Shown: positions 45,472 to 55,541 of the stretch, in pieces
How the letters are laid out: every line of letters starts with the position of its first letter
How positions within the stretch are numbered: position 1 is the stretch's first letter
Assembly (NCBI GenBank): GCA_016176415.1
Contig: JACOXH010000003.1
Location: 12,419 to 76,418, forward strand
DNA: 64,000 nt
Reading direction: 5' to 3'
Origin: Candidatus Daviesbacteria bacterium
Lineage (GTDB): Bacteria > Patescibacteriota > Microgenomatia > Daviesbacterales > UBA10151
Position numbers and translations under genes: made by a program
The notes under the pieces: model-generated
What the model saw: the letters and a program-made list of their open reading frames with translations, nothing else
What the model was told of the DNA's origin: nothing
Databases searched by the model: none

Positions 45472-47382
45472 ATGGCAGTAGAAGATCCTATCTTGAAGTT
45501 AGCTGACGAAGCCCGTAGGGCTGTTGCCCCTAGTGGGGAAAATGTCTTTAAAAGAGGTTTAAATAAACTTGGAAATTTGGCAGGCGGGGTAGGCAGAAAG
45601 GCAGGAGGGGCTTTGGGAGGTGTGGGTAATGCAGCAGGCGGTGCCAGAGATATGGCAGGAAACATGGTAGGAGGAGTAGGTCATGGCTTGGGTGCAGGAG
45701 CCAGAGCAGTTGGTGATGGGACAGTGGGGGTTTTAGGCGGAGTAGCTCATTTAGGAATTGAGGGAGCCAAATTGCCTTTTAAGGGGGCAGGAAAAGGGGT
45801 AGAACTAGCTAAAAAATTAGGTACAGAAGCTGTAATTGGGAAAGCAGGAGATGTATTGAAAAATGTTCCTGCGTTTGGTAAGTCTATTGCCGGTTTTGCA
45901 ACGGGTAAAATAGGTGAAGTAGGGGCAGGTATGGCTTCCAGAGAATTAGCCAAAGGTGTACTTGCCTGGACTGCTACTACTGCAGGAATAGGAACAGGTA
46001 TAACAGGAACATGGGTAGGCGGAGCTTTTGTAGGCGCTATGGGTGGCGCTATGATTGAATGGGGCCGGCAGATAAATCAAAATCTTAAGGAGTCAGATCC
46101 TTCTATTGCCGGAAGAAGAGCGGCTTTTTTGCTGAAATTTAAAGAATTGCGTCATGCAGGAGTATTAAAACCCCGTGATTTGAAGAAGATCCGTAATGCA
46201 GCTATTTTTGGAGCTATCGCCGGCGCAGGCGCAGGAGCATTAGTTCAATTTGTTCCGGAAATTGCCCAATTCGTCGGCGAACATTCAGGGTTTTTGACAG
46301 GAACAGGTGATACAGCGGGAGCTGCAGCAGGTACTACAGCAGATGCTTTAGGAGGGGTAGGGGGTAGTATTGGTAATGCGGCAGGAGGAATCGGAGAAGG
46401 AATTGGTGGAGTATGGAGCGGAACGGGAGAGGCTATTGGGGGTATTGCCGGTGGAGCGGGCGAAATGACGCAAGGCGTTAGAGATATGGCTGGTAACCTT
46501 CCCGGAGTCAAAGGAACAGGAGATGTTTTAGGAGGTATAGGTAATGCTGCAGGAAATGTTTGGAGTGGAACAGGTGAAGTGGCAGGAGGAGCGCTGGCTA
46601 GAACAGGAGAAACAATAGGCGGAGCCACACAAACCACTGGAGATTTTGCCCGTAGTCTTCCCATGGGACAAGGAGCTGCTGATACTTTAGGAGGGGTGGG
46701 CGGTGCTATCGGCGGAGGGTTAGGACAAGCAGGAGAAGCAATAGGAAACGCCGCGCAAGCTGTGGGGTTAGGTGGTGCGCAAGAGGCAGCCCAGCAGGCG
46801 GGTCAGGAAACAGCCCAGGGAGCAGCAGAGCAGGCAGCCGGGGAAGCAGGAAATACAGGCTTGAGTGAGACTGTACAGGCAGCGGCAGATGAGGCCAATA
46901 GTACGGCTGCACTTGATGCAAGTAATGCAGCGGTCGGTGAAGCAGTCCAACAGACCGGTCAGGAAACGGTCCAGCAAGTAGGTCAGGAAGCGCTTGAGGA
47001 AGCAGGACAAGAGGTTGCTCAAGGTACAGAACCTATTGCCAATACAATGGTGCATGGTCATGAGGTTGCAGGGTCTGTGGTTGACCAGTCTTTAACTTAT
47101 GATGGTGCCCCCTGGGTACTGCTGGAAAACGGGACTAAAAACATTGGTAATGTTTTGGAGGCTGCAGGAATTGACGGCGCTCTTGAGGCTGTTGATAAAG
47201 GTGTGTTGGCCCAAAACTTACAGCAGGCAACCAATCTTTGGACACAGGGGCAGTTAACTCCTTCTGCCTATCCTGATCTTTATACTTTATTTCATTTGAG
47301 CAACGGCACTGCCAGTGTTTATAATGATCTTTTAAATGAAGATACTGTTGATATTCTTAAGAAGTTGAAAGTATTAAAGTAA
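45472..47382 (+). CDS. Gly/Ala-rich repetitive protein
   Basis: 636 aa with glycine-zipper-like hydrophobic segments and internal repeats. Confidence 0.75.
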   Translation: MAVEDPILKLADEARRAVAPSGENVFKRGLNKLGNLAGGVGRKAGGALGGVGNAAGGARDMAGNMVGGVGHGLGAGARAVGDGTVGVLGGVAHLGIEGAKLPFKGAGKGVELAKKLGTEAVIGKAGDVLKNVPAFGKSIAGFATGKIGEVGAGMASRELAKGVLAWTATTAGIGTGITGTWVGGAFVGAMGGAMIEWGRQINQNLKESDPSIAGRRAAFLLKFKELRHAGVLKPRDLKKIRNAAIFGAIAGAGAGALVQFVPEIAQFVGEHSGFLTGTGDTAGAAAGTTADALGGVGGSIGNAAGGIGEGIGGVWSGTGEAIGGIAGGAGEMTQGVRDMAGNLPGVKGTGDVLGGIGNAAGNVWSGTGEVAGGALARTGETIGGATQTTGDFARSLPMGQGAADTLGGVGGAIGGGLGQAGEAIGNAAQAVGLGGAQEAAQQAGQETAQGAAEQAAGEAGNTGLSETVQAAADEANSTAALDASNAAVGEAVQQTGQETVQQVGQEALEEAGQEVAQGTEPIANTMVHGHEVAGSVVDQSLTYDGAPWVLLENGTKNIGNVLEAAGIDGALEAVDKGVLAQNLQQATNLWTQGQLTPSAYPDLYTLFHLSNGTASVYNDLLNEDTVDILKKLKVLK

Positions 47383-47383
47383 A

Positions 47384-47734
47384 ATGGATCCAATTACGCA
47401 GAATGTAAATGCAAATATTGAAGAATATATAAACAGTTTAGCTGCTGAATGTTTACAGGCACAGGGAATTGTTAACCTTACACAAGAGCAAAAGGATGCA
47501 TTTGCCGCTTCTGTGCAGGAATATCTTTCCCAAGCAGCTCTTGAGGTTTTGGTAAATAGACTTAATTCTGAACAATTAAGCCAGATTGAGAATCTTGATC
47601 CTGCAAGCGATGAGATGATGGAAAAAATACAGCAACTGGCAGCTCAGGTGCCAGGATTGGCAGACGAGATGGAGAAAAGATTCAGATCCGATGTAGAATA
47701 TATAAAACAGAATTCTAAAGTTCCTCAAGGTTAA
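47384..47734 (+). CDS. Small acidic helical protein
   Basis: 116 aa, coupled to the Gly-rich gene. Confidence 0.65.
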   Translation: MDPITQNVNANIEEYINSLAAECLQAQGIVNLTQEQKDAFAASVQEYLSQAALEVLVNRLNSEQLSQIENLDPASDEMMEKIQQLAAQVPGLADEMEKRFRSDVEYIKQNSKVPQG

Positions 47735-47754
47735 AAACAGGAGGTGATTTTAAA

Positions 47755-47886
47755 ATGATGGGTGGGGGATATGGTGGAATGATGGGTGCAGGTTTTGGGT
47801 TTTTTGGAACAATCTTGTGGATAGTAATTGTAGCTGATCTTATTCTTCTGGGTGTGTGGCTTTTTAAACAAGTAAATAAGAAATAG
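47755..47886 (+). CDS. 43-aa Met/Gly-rich single-TM protein (not in ORF track)
   Basis: MMGGGYGGMMGAGFGFFGTILWIVIVADLILLGVWLFKQVNKK*; strong AGGAGGTGA ribosome-binding site. Confidence 0.75.
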   Translation: MMGGGYGGMMGAGFGFFGTILWIVIVADLILLGVWLFKQVNKK

Positions 47887-47906
47887 GCTTCTGTTATACT
47901 AAAATA

Positions 47907-48896
47907 ATGACCTTTGATTTAATCTCCATTGGGGTTACTTTTGTTGATACTTTTATCCCTTTAATAGACGCCAAAATTTTAAAAGACGGGGAAGTGAATT
48001 ATTTGGGTGTACCATTTGGGTCTAAAGTTCCTGTGGGTCCTTCTACTTCTGCTATTGGAGGAAATGCTGCCAATAATGCTGTAGCTTCCTCAAGATTAGG
48101 ACTTAAAACTGCCATTTATACTCATGTAGGAAATAAAGATGAAGATCAGTGGGATAACAGGGTGCTGGCAAAATTTAAAAAAGAAAAGATAGATACAAGA
48201 TATGTCAAAGAAATACAGGAGCTGCCAACAGGGCACAATATAATTTTAGAGTTTAAAGGAGAAAGGACAATTTTGTCCCATCATCAACCGTGGGAGTACG
48301 GTTTGCCTGATCTGGAAAAAACAAAGTGGGTGTATTTAACTTCCCTTGCTCCCAGTTTTGAAAAGTCTAATTTAATAAATCAGCTGTTAAATTTTACAGA
48401 AAGATCAGGGGCAAGACTGGCTTATCAGCCGGGGACTTTTCAGATTAGTTTGGGTTATAAAAAAAACAGTAAAGTTTTAGTTTTGTCAGATATTTTTATT
48501 CTAAATTTAGAAGAGGCAAAAATTTTTTTAGGACTAGATATTACTGAAAAAATTCCTGTTAAAAAGCTATTATCAAAGCTTTATGATTTGGGCCCCAAAA
48601 AGGTAATAATTACTGACAGTATAAGGGGCTCTTTTGGATTTGATGGAAGTAATTTTTATCAGATGGGAATTTTTCCTGTGGATGCTATACAAGTTACAGG
48701 TTGCGGGGATGCTTATGCTTCGGCAGTAGCGGCAGGGTTGTTTTACGGGAAAGATTTGTCAGAGGCAATGAGGTGGGGAGCAGTAAACAGTGCTGCTGTA
48801 GCCCGGTCAGTGGGAGCCCAGGCAGGTCTTTTAACTTATGAAAAAATGCAGAGTATTTTAAAAGAAAACTCTAAAATTAAAGCTTTAGAAATTTAG
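47907..48896 (+). CDS. PfkB family carbohydrate kinase
   Basis: GGNAANNAVASSRLG and TGCGDAY motifs. Confidence 0.88.
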   Translation: MTFDLISIGVTFVDTFIPLIDAKILKDGEVNYLGVPFGSKVPVGPSTSAIGGNAANNAVASSRLGLKTAIYTHVGNKDEDQWDNRVLAKFKKEKIDTRYVKEIQELPTGHNIILEFKGERTILSHHQPWEYGLPDLEKTKWVYLTSLAPSFEKSNLINQLLNFTERSGARLAYQPGTFQISLGYKKNSKVLVLSDIFILNLEEAKIFLGLDITEKIPVKKLLSKLYDLGPKKVIITDSIRGSFGFDGSNFYQMGIFPVDAIQVTGCGDAYASAVAAGLFYGKDLSEAMRWGAVNSAAVARSVGAQAGLLTYEKMQSILKENSKIKALEI

Positions 48897-49642
48897 CGGA
48901 CTACTACTCTTGTCCCGGGGTTTTCAGGGGTGGCATGACCCACATTTTCCCCTGCAGGAACCACTGGTCCTGCCCATTCAAACAGTTTTGCCACAGAGGC
49001 CAGAGGGGAGTTGACGCAACCATGGCTCATTGGGTGACCAAAGTTGTTGTGCCAGTAAGCCCCGTGAATTGCATAGCCTTTATGAAAAAAAATGTTGTGG
49101 GGAACATTAGGCAGATAGTAGTAAGTTCCCAGCTCTTTTGAGCCTCCTGACATGGTTTGACTTCTGGTTTTGTGCCAGATATTAAAAGTGCCTTTTGGTG
49201 TAGGTGCCCAAAGGCCTGAAGAAATAGGAAATTCCATAACTAATTTATTTCCTTCCCATGCCCGTAGTTTTTGTTCTGCCAAAGAGACTTCTATCCACTT
49301 CTCTTCACCACTTTCAGTAGTGGTGCCTAACACTGCCTGATCTTGATTTGAAGATTTTGCCAAAGATTCCTTAAGATCGTCAGATCGCAAGCTTTGCTTA
49401 TAGCTGTAAGCAAGAGAGGTTTTTGGGTAATCAATTACCTTGCTGTTAAAAATAGCAGTAGCAGCTTCTTCGTCAAATTTACCATTAGCTTTTAAAACAT
49501 CTTCCTCGTTAAAGTCAGAATGGGTGATATCACCTGAAATATTTAACTTATATACTACAGTTCTTTTGATAGTTTGAAAATTCAAAGAAACAAATAAAAT
49601 AACGCCTATTAACAGTAAAAGAGGTATCAGACGGTGCAACAT
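48893..49642 (-). CDS. L,D-transpeptidase (YkuD domain)
   Basis: ISSG..PTPKG, AIHGAYW and SHGCVN motifs; start placed at MLHRLIP. Confidence 0.88.
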   Translation of the reverse strand: MLHRLIPLLLLIGVILFVSLNFQTIKRTVVYKLNISGDITHSDFNEEDVLKANGKFDEEAATAIFNSKVIDYPKTSLAYSYKQSLRSDDLKESLAKSSNQDQAVLGTTTESGEEKWIEVSLAEQKLRAWEGNKLVMEFPISSGLWAPTPKGTFNIWHKTRSQTMSGGSKELGTYYYLPNVPHNIFFHKGYAIHGAYWHNNFGHPMSHGCVNSPLASVAKLFEWAGPVVPAGENVGHATPENPGTRVVVR

Positions 49643-49728
49643 ATCTTTAAGAGTGTGTCCGTCTTCCACACTAATTCCATTGTTGATTACTTTTAATATA
49701 GACGTCAAGGGCCAGTTTGCTCCCCCTC

Positions 49729-49755
49729 TGTCATTCTGAGCGAAGCGAAGAATCT
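49729..49755 (+). repeat. Consensus-like family B element, intergenic
   Basis: TGTCATTCTGAGCGAAGCGAAGAATCT. Confidence 0.8.
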
Positions 49756-49772
49756 GATATGATAGATAATTC

Positions 49773-50687
49773 ATGAGAAAACTCTTTCCCCTTGGTGTTT
49801 TTTTGACAATTTTTTTATTGTTTGGAATTTTTCATTTTAGTTTAAATACAAAACCATTTCAGTTAGTTTCACCACTTTTAAAGCAGGAAAGTGTGCTCGG
49901 AGTTAACCAGTGGTTTCCTGCCATGGCAACAGAGGGAGCAGAGGGTCCTCAAGTCAGCGCTAAAGCAGCTTTGTTTACTGATACAAAAGAGGGAAAAATG
50001 CTGTATGGAAAAAGTATCCATGAGAAATTACCAATAGCCTCTTTGGTGAAAGTGATGACAATATTGGTGGCTTTAGAGCACAAGAATATGGATGATGAGT
50101 TTATAGTGAGTTCCAGGGCTGCTGATATGGAGCCTGATAAAATGCTGCTTATTGCAGGAGAGAGGTTAACTTTAAGGGAGCTTTTGGACGGGATTTTTTT
50201 AATTTCTGCAAATGATGCAGCAGAGGTTTTAGCAGAAGGGGTTACAGGAAATAGAGAAGAATTTCTAAAACTCATGAATGCAAAAGCTCAACAGTTGGGA
50301 ATGAAAAATACTTATTACGCAAACCCAACAGGACTGGATGAAGATACTAATAACTCCCGCTCTTCAGCTTATGACCAGGCAATTTTAACAAGGTATTTAA
50401 TCAGAAATTTTCCTGAAGTAGTTAAAATTTCTTCACAGGAAAGAGTATACCTGCCTCAAACAGAAAAACACCAAGATTATGATATGTATTCAGGGATCAA
50501 TCTTTTAACAACTTACACGGGGGTAGTAGGTTTTAAAACAGGTTATACCCCAGAGGCAGGAATGACCCTTATAACTTTGGCCAGAAAAAACGGGTTTGAG
50601 GTAATAGGTGTGCTCTTGGGTTCAGCCAGCAGAAGAGATGAGGCAAGGGAGCTTTTGGATTATAGTTTTGAAAAGTTAGAAAATTAG
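49773..50687 (+). CDS. D-alanyl-D-alanine carboxypeptidase (peptidase S11)
   Basis: IASLVK, SANDAA and KTGYT motifs. Confidence 0.9.
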   Translation: MRKLFPLGVFLTIFLLFGIFHFSLNTKPFQLVSPLLKQESVLGVNQWFPAMATEGAEGPQVSAKAALFTDTKEGKMLYGKSIHEKLPIASLVKVMTILVALEHKNMDDEFIVSSRAADMEPDKMLLIAGERLTLRELLDGIFLISANDAAEVLAEGVTGNREEFLKLMNAKAQQLGMKNTYYANPTGLDEDTNNSRSSAYDQAILTRYLIRNFPEVVKISSQERVYLPQTEKHQDYDMYSGINLLTTYTGVVGFKTGYTPEAGMTLITLARKNGFEVIGVLLGSASRRDEARELLDYSFEKLEN

Positions 50688-51310
50688 AGGGAGATGTCAA
50701 TTTCACCTAAAAGATCATTAAATTTTTCCCGTTCTAATGTTTCCTGTTTTCTTTCATCATCTGTTAATTTAACAGGTAATCTATTTCCCACTTCAAAAAA
50801 TTTAAAGGTCCTTAACAGTGGAGGATAAGCTTCCAAAGTAGTGCGCGGTTCTACATCTCCCACCACTACCAGCCATACCCCAATTCTTAATTCCTTAATT
50901 CTTTCTAAAAATTCTTCCAATGTAGCAGGGGGTTTTAAAGAGCCCTTTTTAGAAAATCCTTGAGGGTAAATGGCAGATTTTGCTTTGTCTGGAAGGAAAG
51001 ACATAATAACTGCAGCATAGTCTGTAGCTTCTCTTGTTTCTAAATCAACTTCATGAACAGATTGTCCTTTTATCTGCTCGTAGTATGCAGGTGCACCGTC
51101 TGCAGCTGCTTTTAAATAGCCTAAAGTATAATCATGCAGGTATTCTTGCGCAGGTTCTGAGTTTCTGATTACTCCCTGATAATAAAGTCCAAGTAGGGTA
51201 TGGGTTTGTCTAACTACAACAGGTGGAGATTTCTCAACCTCTCTGTAACCAATAACAGATTGGAAGTTGAATTTATTAGGAACAAATAAGTCTCTTTCAG
51301 AATCAGCCAT
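50684..51310 (-). CDS. Hypothetical protein
   Basis: 208-aa ORF. Confidence 0.6.
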   Translation of the reverse strand: MADSERDLFVPNKFNFQSVIGYREVEKSPPVVVRQTHTLLGLYYQGVIRNSEPAQEYLHDYTLGYLKAAADGAPAYYEQIKGQSVHEVDLETREATDYAAVIMSFLPDKAKSAIYPQGFSKKGSLKPPATLEEFLERIKELRIGVWLVVVGDVEPRTTLEAYPPLLRTFKFFEVGNRLPVKLTDDERKQETLEREKFNDLLGEIDISL

Positions 51311-51373
51311 AATAGGGTCAAAGTTTATAGGGTAAAATTTTTAATGTCAATGGTTAAGAAAAATTCTTGTAAA

Positions 51374-51407
51374 TATCACACCTCGGAGGTGTGATAGAGG
51401 TGTGATA
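51374..51407. repeat. Family A-related palindrome with a duplicated right half
   Basis: TATCACACCTC-G-GAGGTGTGATA plus a second GAGGTGTGATA. Confidence 0.65.
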
Positions 51408-51416
51408 AAAAGCAAG

Positions 51417-51722
51417 ATGGAAAATAAACAAATAGTAAGGTATGCTGAAAGTATGTTGGGATTTACATTAAAAAGATTTTTAATTACTTTAGGGGCAAGT
51501 GTAGGGGTATGGATTATATCTGCTATTATTCAGGCGTACTTAACTTTTGGGAAATATATAGGCACATTTTCAAGCGGTTGTCAGGTGACTGGATATCCAA
51601 TAGATGTGTGCGCATTAAGAGGTCCAGATATTCCTGCAATTTTAATCATTATTATTAATATCGTTTTTTGGTTTTGGGTTTTACATTTTATATTTAATTT
51701 GTTTAACAAACGCGCTAAATAA
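51417..51722 (+). CDS. Small two-TM protein
   Basis: Two hydrophobic segments around CQVTGYPIDVC. Confidence 0.6.
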   Translation: MENKQIVRYAESMLGFTLKRFLITLGASVGVWIISAIIQAYLTFGKYIGTFSSGCQVTGYPIDVCALRGPDIPAILIIIINIVFWFWVLHFIFNLFNKRAK

Positions 51723-54644
51723 ACTAAAAGAAGCAAAAGATGCTACGCTCCCTGAAACTATAAGCAGCCCTCCAAGAATTTCTTTATAAGAATAACCAGT
51801 ATTTTGGTTTATTGATAATTGTTTTTGTTGATCTAGAAATCCCTCTTTATTTATCTGATCAGAAATTTCATCAGGGTTTTTAAAAGTAATTCCCAAAATA
51901 TCAGATTGAGAAAGTATAGAATCAGGAGATTGGTTTGTTTTACTGCCAATGTTCACCCCGGAGGTGTTAACCTGGTTACTGCTTGCGCCCACCTCCGGGG
52001 TGGTGCTGATGGAAGATGGTGCCGGAGTAGGTGATAGAGCAATTTGAATAGTAAAGGTTTGAGGGATTTCCTCATTTCCTAATTTGTCTATTGCCTTAAT
52101 TTGTAATGTAGTAGTACCGGGAGTTGAGATGGTAAAAGGTTCTGAATAAGTTTGAACAGTTTGGCCGTTATCTAAACTGTATTCAATTTTTAATATTCCT
52201 GCTTCTGTATCGCTGGCAGTTAGAGTAATGGTAACGGGTCCTGTATAAATACCTGAAGAGTTTTTAGTACCGGAGATTTGTATAGAAGTAGAAGGAGGGG
52301 TTTGATCTGTAGCTGCAGAACCGGTTACTTCACTGGTAGAAATAATAGTGGTGGTAGTTGAGCCCTGATAAAGATTTAGAGAAGGAGAGGTATCTAAAGA
52401 TGGATCAAGGTCAAATTCTATTTTATCTGCAAAAGAAATACTCAGATCTTTATAAAGAGTAGTTTTGGAGATTTTATCTTCTCTGTAAGTTCTTTTTTTA
52501 AGATTGGTAGTTTTAGAGCTGTTTGAAGGGTTTTTCCGGGTAGCTTTAACTTTTACTTTGGAAGCTTTCTTTTTTACAAAAGCATGTTTGGTATTACCGG
52601 AAGTAGTACAAGTTACGTCAGGAATATTTTCTTCGATTTCGCCATTATCATTTAATCCACAGTGGCGGTTTTGATCGTCATATAAATCAAGTTCTCCGTC
52701 ATCCAAAGTTAATTGCTCGCCTTCCAAACTTATTTTTTCGCTCTTAACCTGAACAGGAATAGCTAAATTATCATCATTTAAGATTCCTCTTACAGCTGCC
52801 ATTGCAGGACCGCTGCTATTAACAAGATCACTGTGCTTTTGTTCTACATAGTAAATTTGAGAAGCTCCGGAAATATCTAAAGAATCATTTTTTAAAGAAG
52901 CGCTATAAAGGGGGACAGTGCCGTCACCGTTAATAAAAATTTCATCTCTTTTTGTAATGAGATTAATTGGCCATGTGATCCACCAAGTTTCGTGAATTTG
53001 TCCTAAGGTAGGTTGTGATGTGCCAACTATTTCATATGCAATAACACCATTTGCTTGGTTAAGGGTGACATCAAGACTGTGAAATTGTTCTGCGATCCCA
53101 AAAGTAGTCATGTTGTAATTAAGATTTGTTAAAAGTGTTTTTATCTGATTAAAATTTAGGGAACCTGTAACGTTGTTATTATCAATATCGCGATCATCTT
53201 TAAAAGGATATAATATTTCATTCCTTGAGTTATCATAAAAATCAAAGTATTTGTTTGACGGTAAAAGTTGAAAAGCGCTCGAAAAATTTTGGAAAAGATC
53301 TTTAACTTCTGATGATGGAATACCGAGATAAAAATCTCCCAATATTTGCCTACCTAGAGGCTTGCCATACATCAGAGCTTTTGTAGCATCTACTGCTCCC
53401 AAATGGGGAACACCTAGTTCAATTAATTTATTTACCTTTGTAGCCTTTGAAGAATCTGAAATATAATACCTGGCTACTAAACCGCCCATGGAGTGAACAA
53501 CTAAATTTACCTGTGATTGTCCGGAGGCAATCCTGGCTGATTCTATTAAAGCATCTAAGCTGTCTTTTGTGCTTCTGACATCTTTTCTCCAGTCGTATGG
53601 AAAAACAAAAAAGTTTGTGCCCTTGTTATATCCCATTTCAGCAAAAAAGGAATCAATTTGCGAATAACCATCAGAAACTAAAGCTCCTGTTAAAGATAAA
53701 TCTGCTTCTGAAGTTACCCCATCAGATTTTAATTTCAATACATCAAAATAATCATCATTACCCAAGGCAGCTGCCTCATTTGTGTTAACCCAAATTTTTT
53801 CATCAGCTGTATATGCATGAGAATATGTTCCCCCGTGTCCATTATCAGCAGACCACACAATATCTTGAGTAGCTTTCATTTCTGATCCACCAATTCCGGG
53901 GATAAAAATTACAGGAAGTCTGGGCGGAGATGGTGGAGGAGAGTTGTTGTTTAAAACAAAGTATAAATCATTTTTATAGTAACCAAAAATATTACAACCA
54001 AAACTTGCAGTTTGTGAGTTCCAAATATAAGAGGAGGCATTACACACTCCATTATCAAAAGCATATCTGACTCCTCCTCCGGTGAAATAATCATTAGAGG
54101 TGCCGCTATAATTTGCAGTAGCAAGCTTCATTCTTTTGCCTCCCCATTGAGCTGCATTTGCATTTGTTAAAAGAATTAAATATCTGTGACCGAAAATAAA
54201 TTCATAATTTCTGCAGGAAAAATCTATGGTAACGTCTTCATACCCTGCAGGAACACCTGTAGTGGTAAATGTTAGACCTGTCAGTGGATCTGAGGCATTT
54301 GAGACACAGGGAATAGTGTATGAATTATTGTTGTCTTTATCGTAAATTTTAGTATTTAAACCAGCGAAATCAAACTGATCTATATTTGAAGCAGAAGTTG
54401 AAACCCTGAAAGTAAAATTTTCCAGTGTTCCTGAAAGGTTGTTTCCGAGTTCTTGAATTGCCTGCCAGACATTTAAAGTGGAATCGTATCCTTGTGTTTG
54501 TTCTGCTACAGAAACTGCATAAGATGGATGGGTGAAAGTCACAAAAACTCCTCCCAAAAGGGCAAACCCGAAAATTAGGGCAATTGGCAGTTTTTGATTC
54601 ACTTTTACTAAAATGATTGTTGATCGTGAAAAAGGGAAGCGCAA
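51681..54644 (-). CDS. Large surface alpha/beta-hydrolase (LCAT/lipase-like) with an Ig-like domain and C-terminal TM anchor
   Basis: PVIFIPGIGGS, FPYDWR, VHSMGG, GVPHLG and GDGTVPLYS motifs; AIDKLGNEE Ig-like repeat. Confidence 0.8.
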   Translation of the reverse strand: MRFPFSRSTIILVKVNQKLPIALIFGFALLGGVFVTFTHPSYAVSVAEQTQGYDSTLNVWQAIQELGNNLSGTLENFTFRVSTSASNIDQFDFAGLNTKIYDKDNNNSYTIPCVSNASDPLTGLTFTTTGVPAGYEDVTIDFSCRNYEFIFGHRYLILLTNANAAQWGGKRMKLATANYSGTSNDYFTGGGVRYAFDNGVCNASSYIWNSQTASFGCNIFGYYKNDLYFVLNNNSPPPSPPRLPVIFIPGIGGSEMKATQDIVWSADNGHGGTYSHAYTADEKIWVNTNEAAALGNDDYFDVLKLKSDGVTSEADLSLTGALVSDGYSQIDSFFAEMGYNKGTNFFVFPYDWRKDVRSTKDSLDALIESARIASGQSQVNLVVHSMGGLVARYYISDSSKATKVNKLIELGVPHLGAVDATKALMYGKPLGRQILGDFYLGIPSSEVKDLFQNFSSAFQLLPSNKYFDFYDNSRNEILYPFKDDRDIDNNNVTGSLNFNQIKTLLTNLNYNMTTFGIAEQFHSLDVTLNQANGVIAYEIVGTSQPTLGQIHETWWITWPINLITKRDEIFINGDGTVPLYSASLKNDSLDISGASQIYYVEQKHSDLVNSSGPAMAAVRGILNDDNLAIPVQVKSEKISLEGEQLTLDDGELDLYDDQNRHCGLNDNGEIEENIPDVTCTTSGNTKHAFVKKKASKVKVKATRKNPSNSSKTTNLKKRTYREDKISKTTLYKDLSISFADKIEFDLDPSLDTSPSLNLYQGSTTTTIISTSEVTGSAATDQTPPSTSIQISGTKNSSGIYTGPVTITLTASDTEAGILKIEYSLDNGQTVQTYSEPFTISTPGTTTLQIKAIDKLGNEEIPQTFTIQIALSPTPAPSSISTTPEVGASSNQVNTSGVNIGSKTNQSPDSILSQSDILGITFKNPDEISDQINKEGFLDQQKQLSINQNTGYSYKEILGGLLIVSGSVASFASFSLFSAFVKQIKYKM
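51954..52002. repeat. Family A inverted pair, in-frame in the 987-aa gene
   Basis: CACCCCGGAGGTG (51954-51966) ... CACCTCCGGGGTG (51990-52002). Confidence 0.75.
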
Positions 54645-54688
54645 GAGAGATTAAAGGTGATTTAAAGTAACAAACAAATACACAGGCC

Positions 54689-54722
54689 CACCTGGAAGGT
54701 GAGCTTTGGCTCCTTCCAGGTG
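54689..54722 (-). repeat. REPIN-like 34-bp hairpin (family A), intergenic, reverse orientation
   Basis: Minus strand CACCTGGAAGG-AGCCAAAGCTCA-CCTTCCAGGTG. Confidence 0.85.
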
Positions 54723-54769
54723 AACGGGAAGTCTTGCAAAAGAGGTTTGGGAAGTGATATAAAAGGGCA

Positions 54770-55465
54770 GTGTTTACCAATCAAAAAGTTTTGGGATTAG
54801 TTTTAATTTTATTTCTTTTGGGAACCGGAATTTATTTTGCTGTTTCAAAATTAAAAGCAGATGTGGATAGCGCTACTGCTTCACCTACCCCTTCTCCCTC
54901 ACCCTCTGCGCAGCTTAATTTCTTTGCCAGTCCTACCCCTAATGCCCAACAAACTCAAACCCAGGAACTGCCTCTTTCTAAAAACAAAAGACTGGATAAA
55001 TTCCCGGGGGTTTTACAACCTGAAGTTTTAAATGGTAAGCAGGCAGTAATTCAAACTACTAAAGGTTTAATATCTTTGGAAATTTATCCTGAAGCCACGA
55101 TGGCTGCTTCTAATTTTATCCTGCTTTCTGCTAATGGTTTTTATGACGGGTTAAAGTTTCACAGGGTGGAAGATTGGGTGGTGCAGGGGGGAGATCCGCA
55201 GGGGACTGGCAGGGGTGGCCCCGGGTACCAATTTCCTGATGAGCCTGTAAACAGAGAGTATACGAAGGGAATAGTAGCAATGGCTAACTCAGGTCCTGAT
55301 ACCAACGGTAGCCAGTTTTTTATTTTGAAAAAAGATACTCCGTTGCCTCCTAATTACACAATCTTTGGGAAAGTAATAGCTGGTCAGGAAGTGGTGGATA
55401 AATTAAATACTGGAGATGTGATGCAAAAAGTTGTAATTGGGGATCTTCAGCAAACCTCTCACTAA
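54770..55465 (+). CDS. Membrane-anchored cyclophilin-type peptidyl-prolyl isomerase
   Basis: FYDGLKFHRV, QGGDP and AMANSGPDTNGSQFF motifs. Confidence 0.92.
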   Translation: MFTNQKVLGLVLILFLLGTGIYFAVSKLKADVDSATASPTPSPSPSAQLNFFASPTPNAQQTQTQELPLSKNKRLDKFPGVLQPEVLNGKQAVIQTTKGLISLEIYPEATMAASNFILLSANGFYDGLKFHRVEDWVVQGGDPQGTGRGGPGYQFPDEPVNREYTKGIVAMANSGPDTNGSQFFILKKDTPLPPNYTIFGKVIAGQEVVDKLNTGDVMQKVVIGDLQQTSH

Positions 55466-55480
55466 AATCTTACTAAGATT

Positions 55481-55527
55481 ACACAATATATTGTATATTG
55501 ACACTTTAAGATATCAATATGTTATGT
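55481..55527. promoter_or_regulatory. Tandem NrdR boxes
   Basis: ACACAATATATTGTAT (55481) and TATCAATATGTTATGT (55512), 31 bp apart. Confidence 0.75.
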
Positions 55528-55541
55528 TAGAATGGTTGTAA

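Noticed and set aside
49643-49774. N-terminal extension of the L,D-transpeptidase (QILRFAQND)
   Set aside because: It is the reverse translation of an intergenic family B repeat; the TM anchor starts after Met 49642
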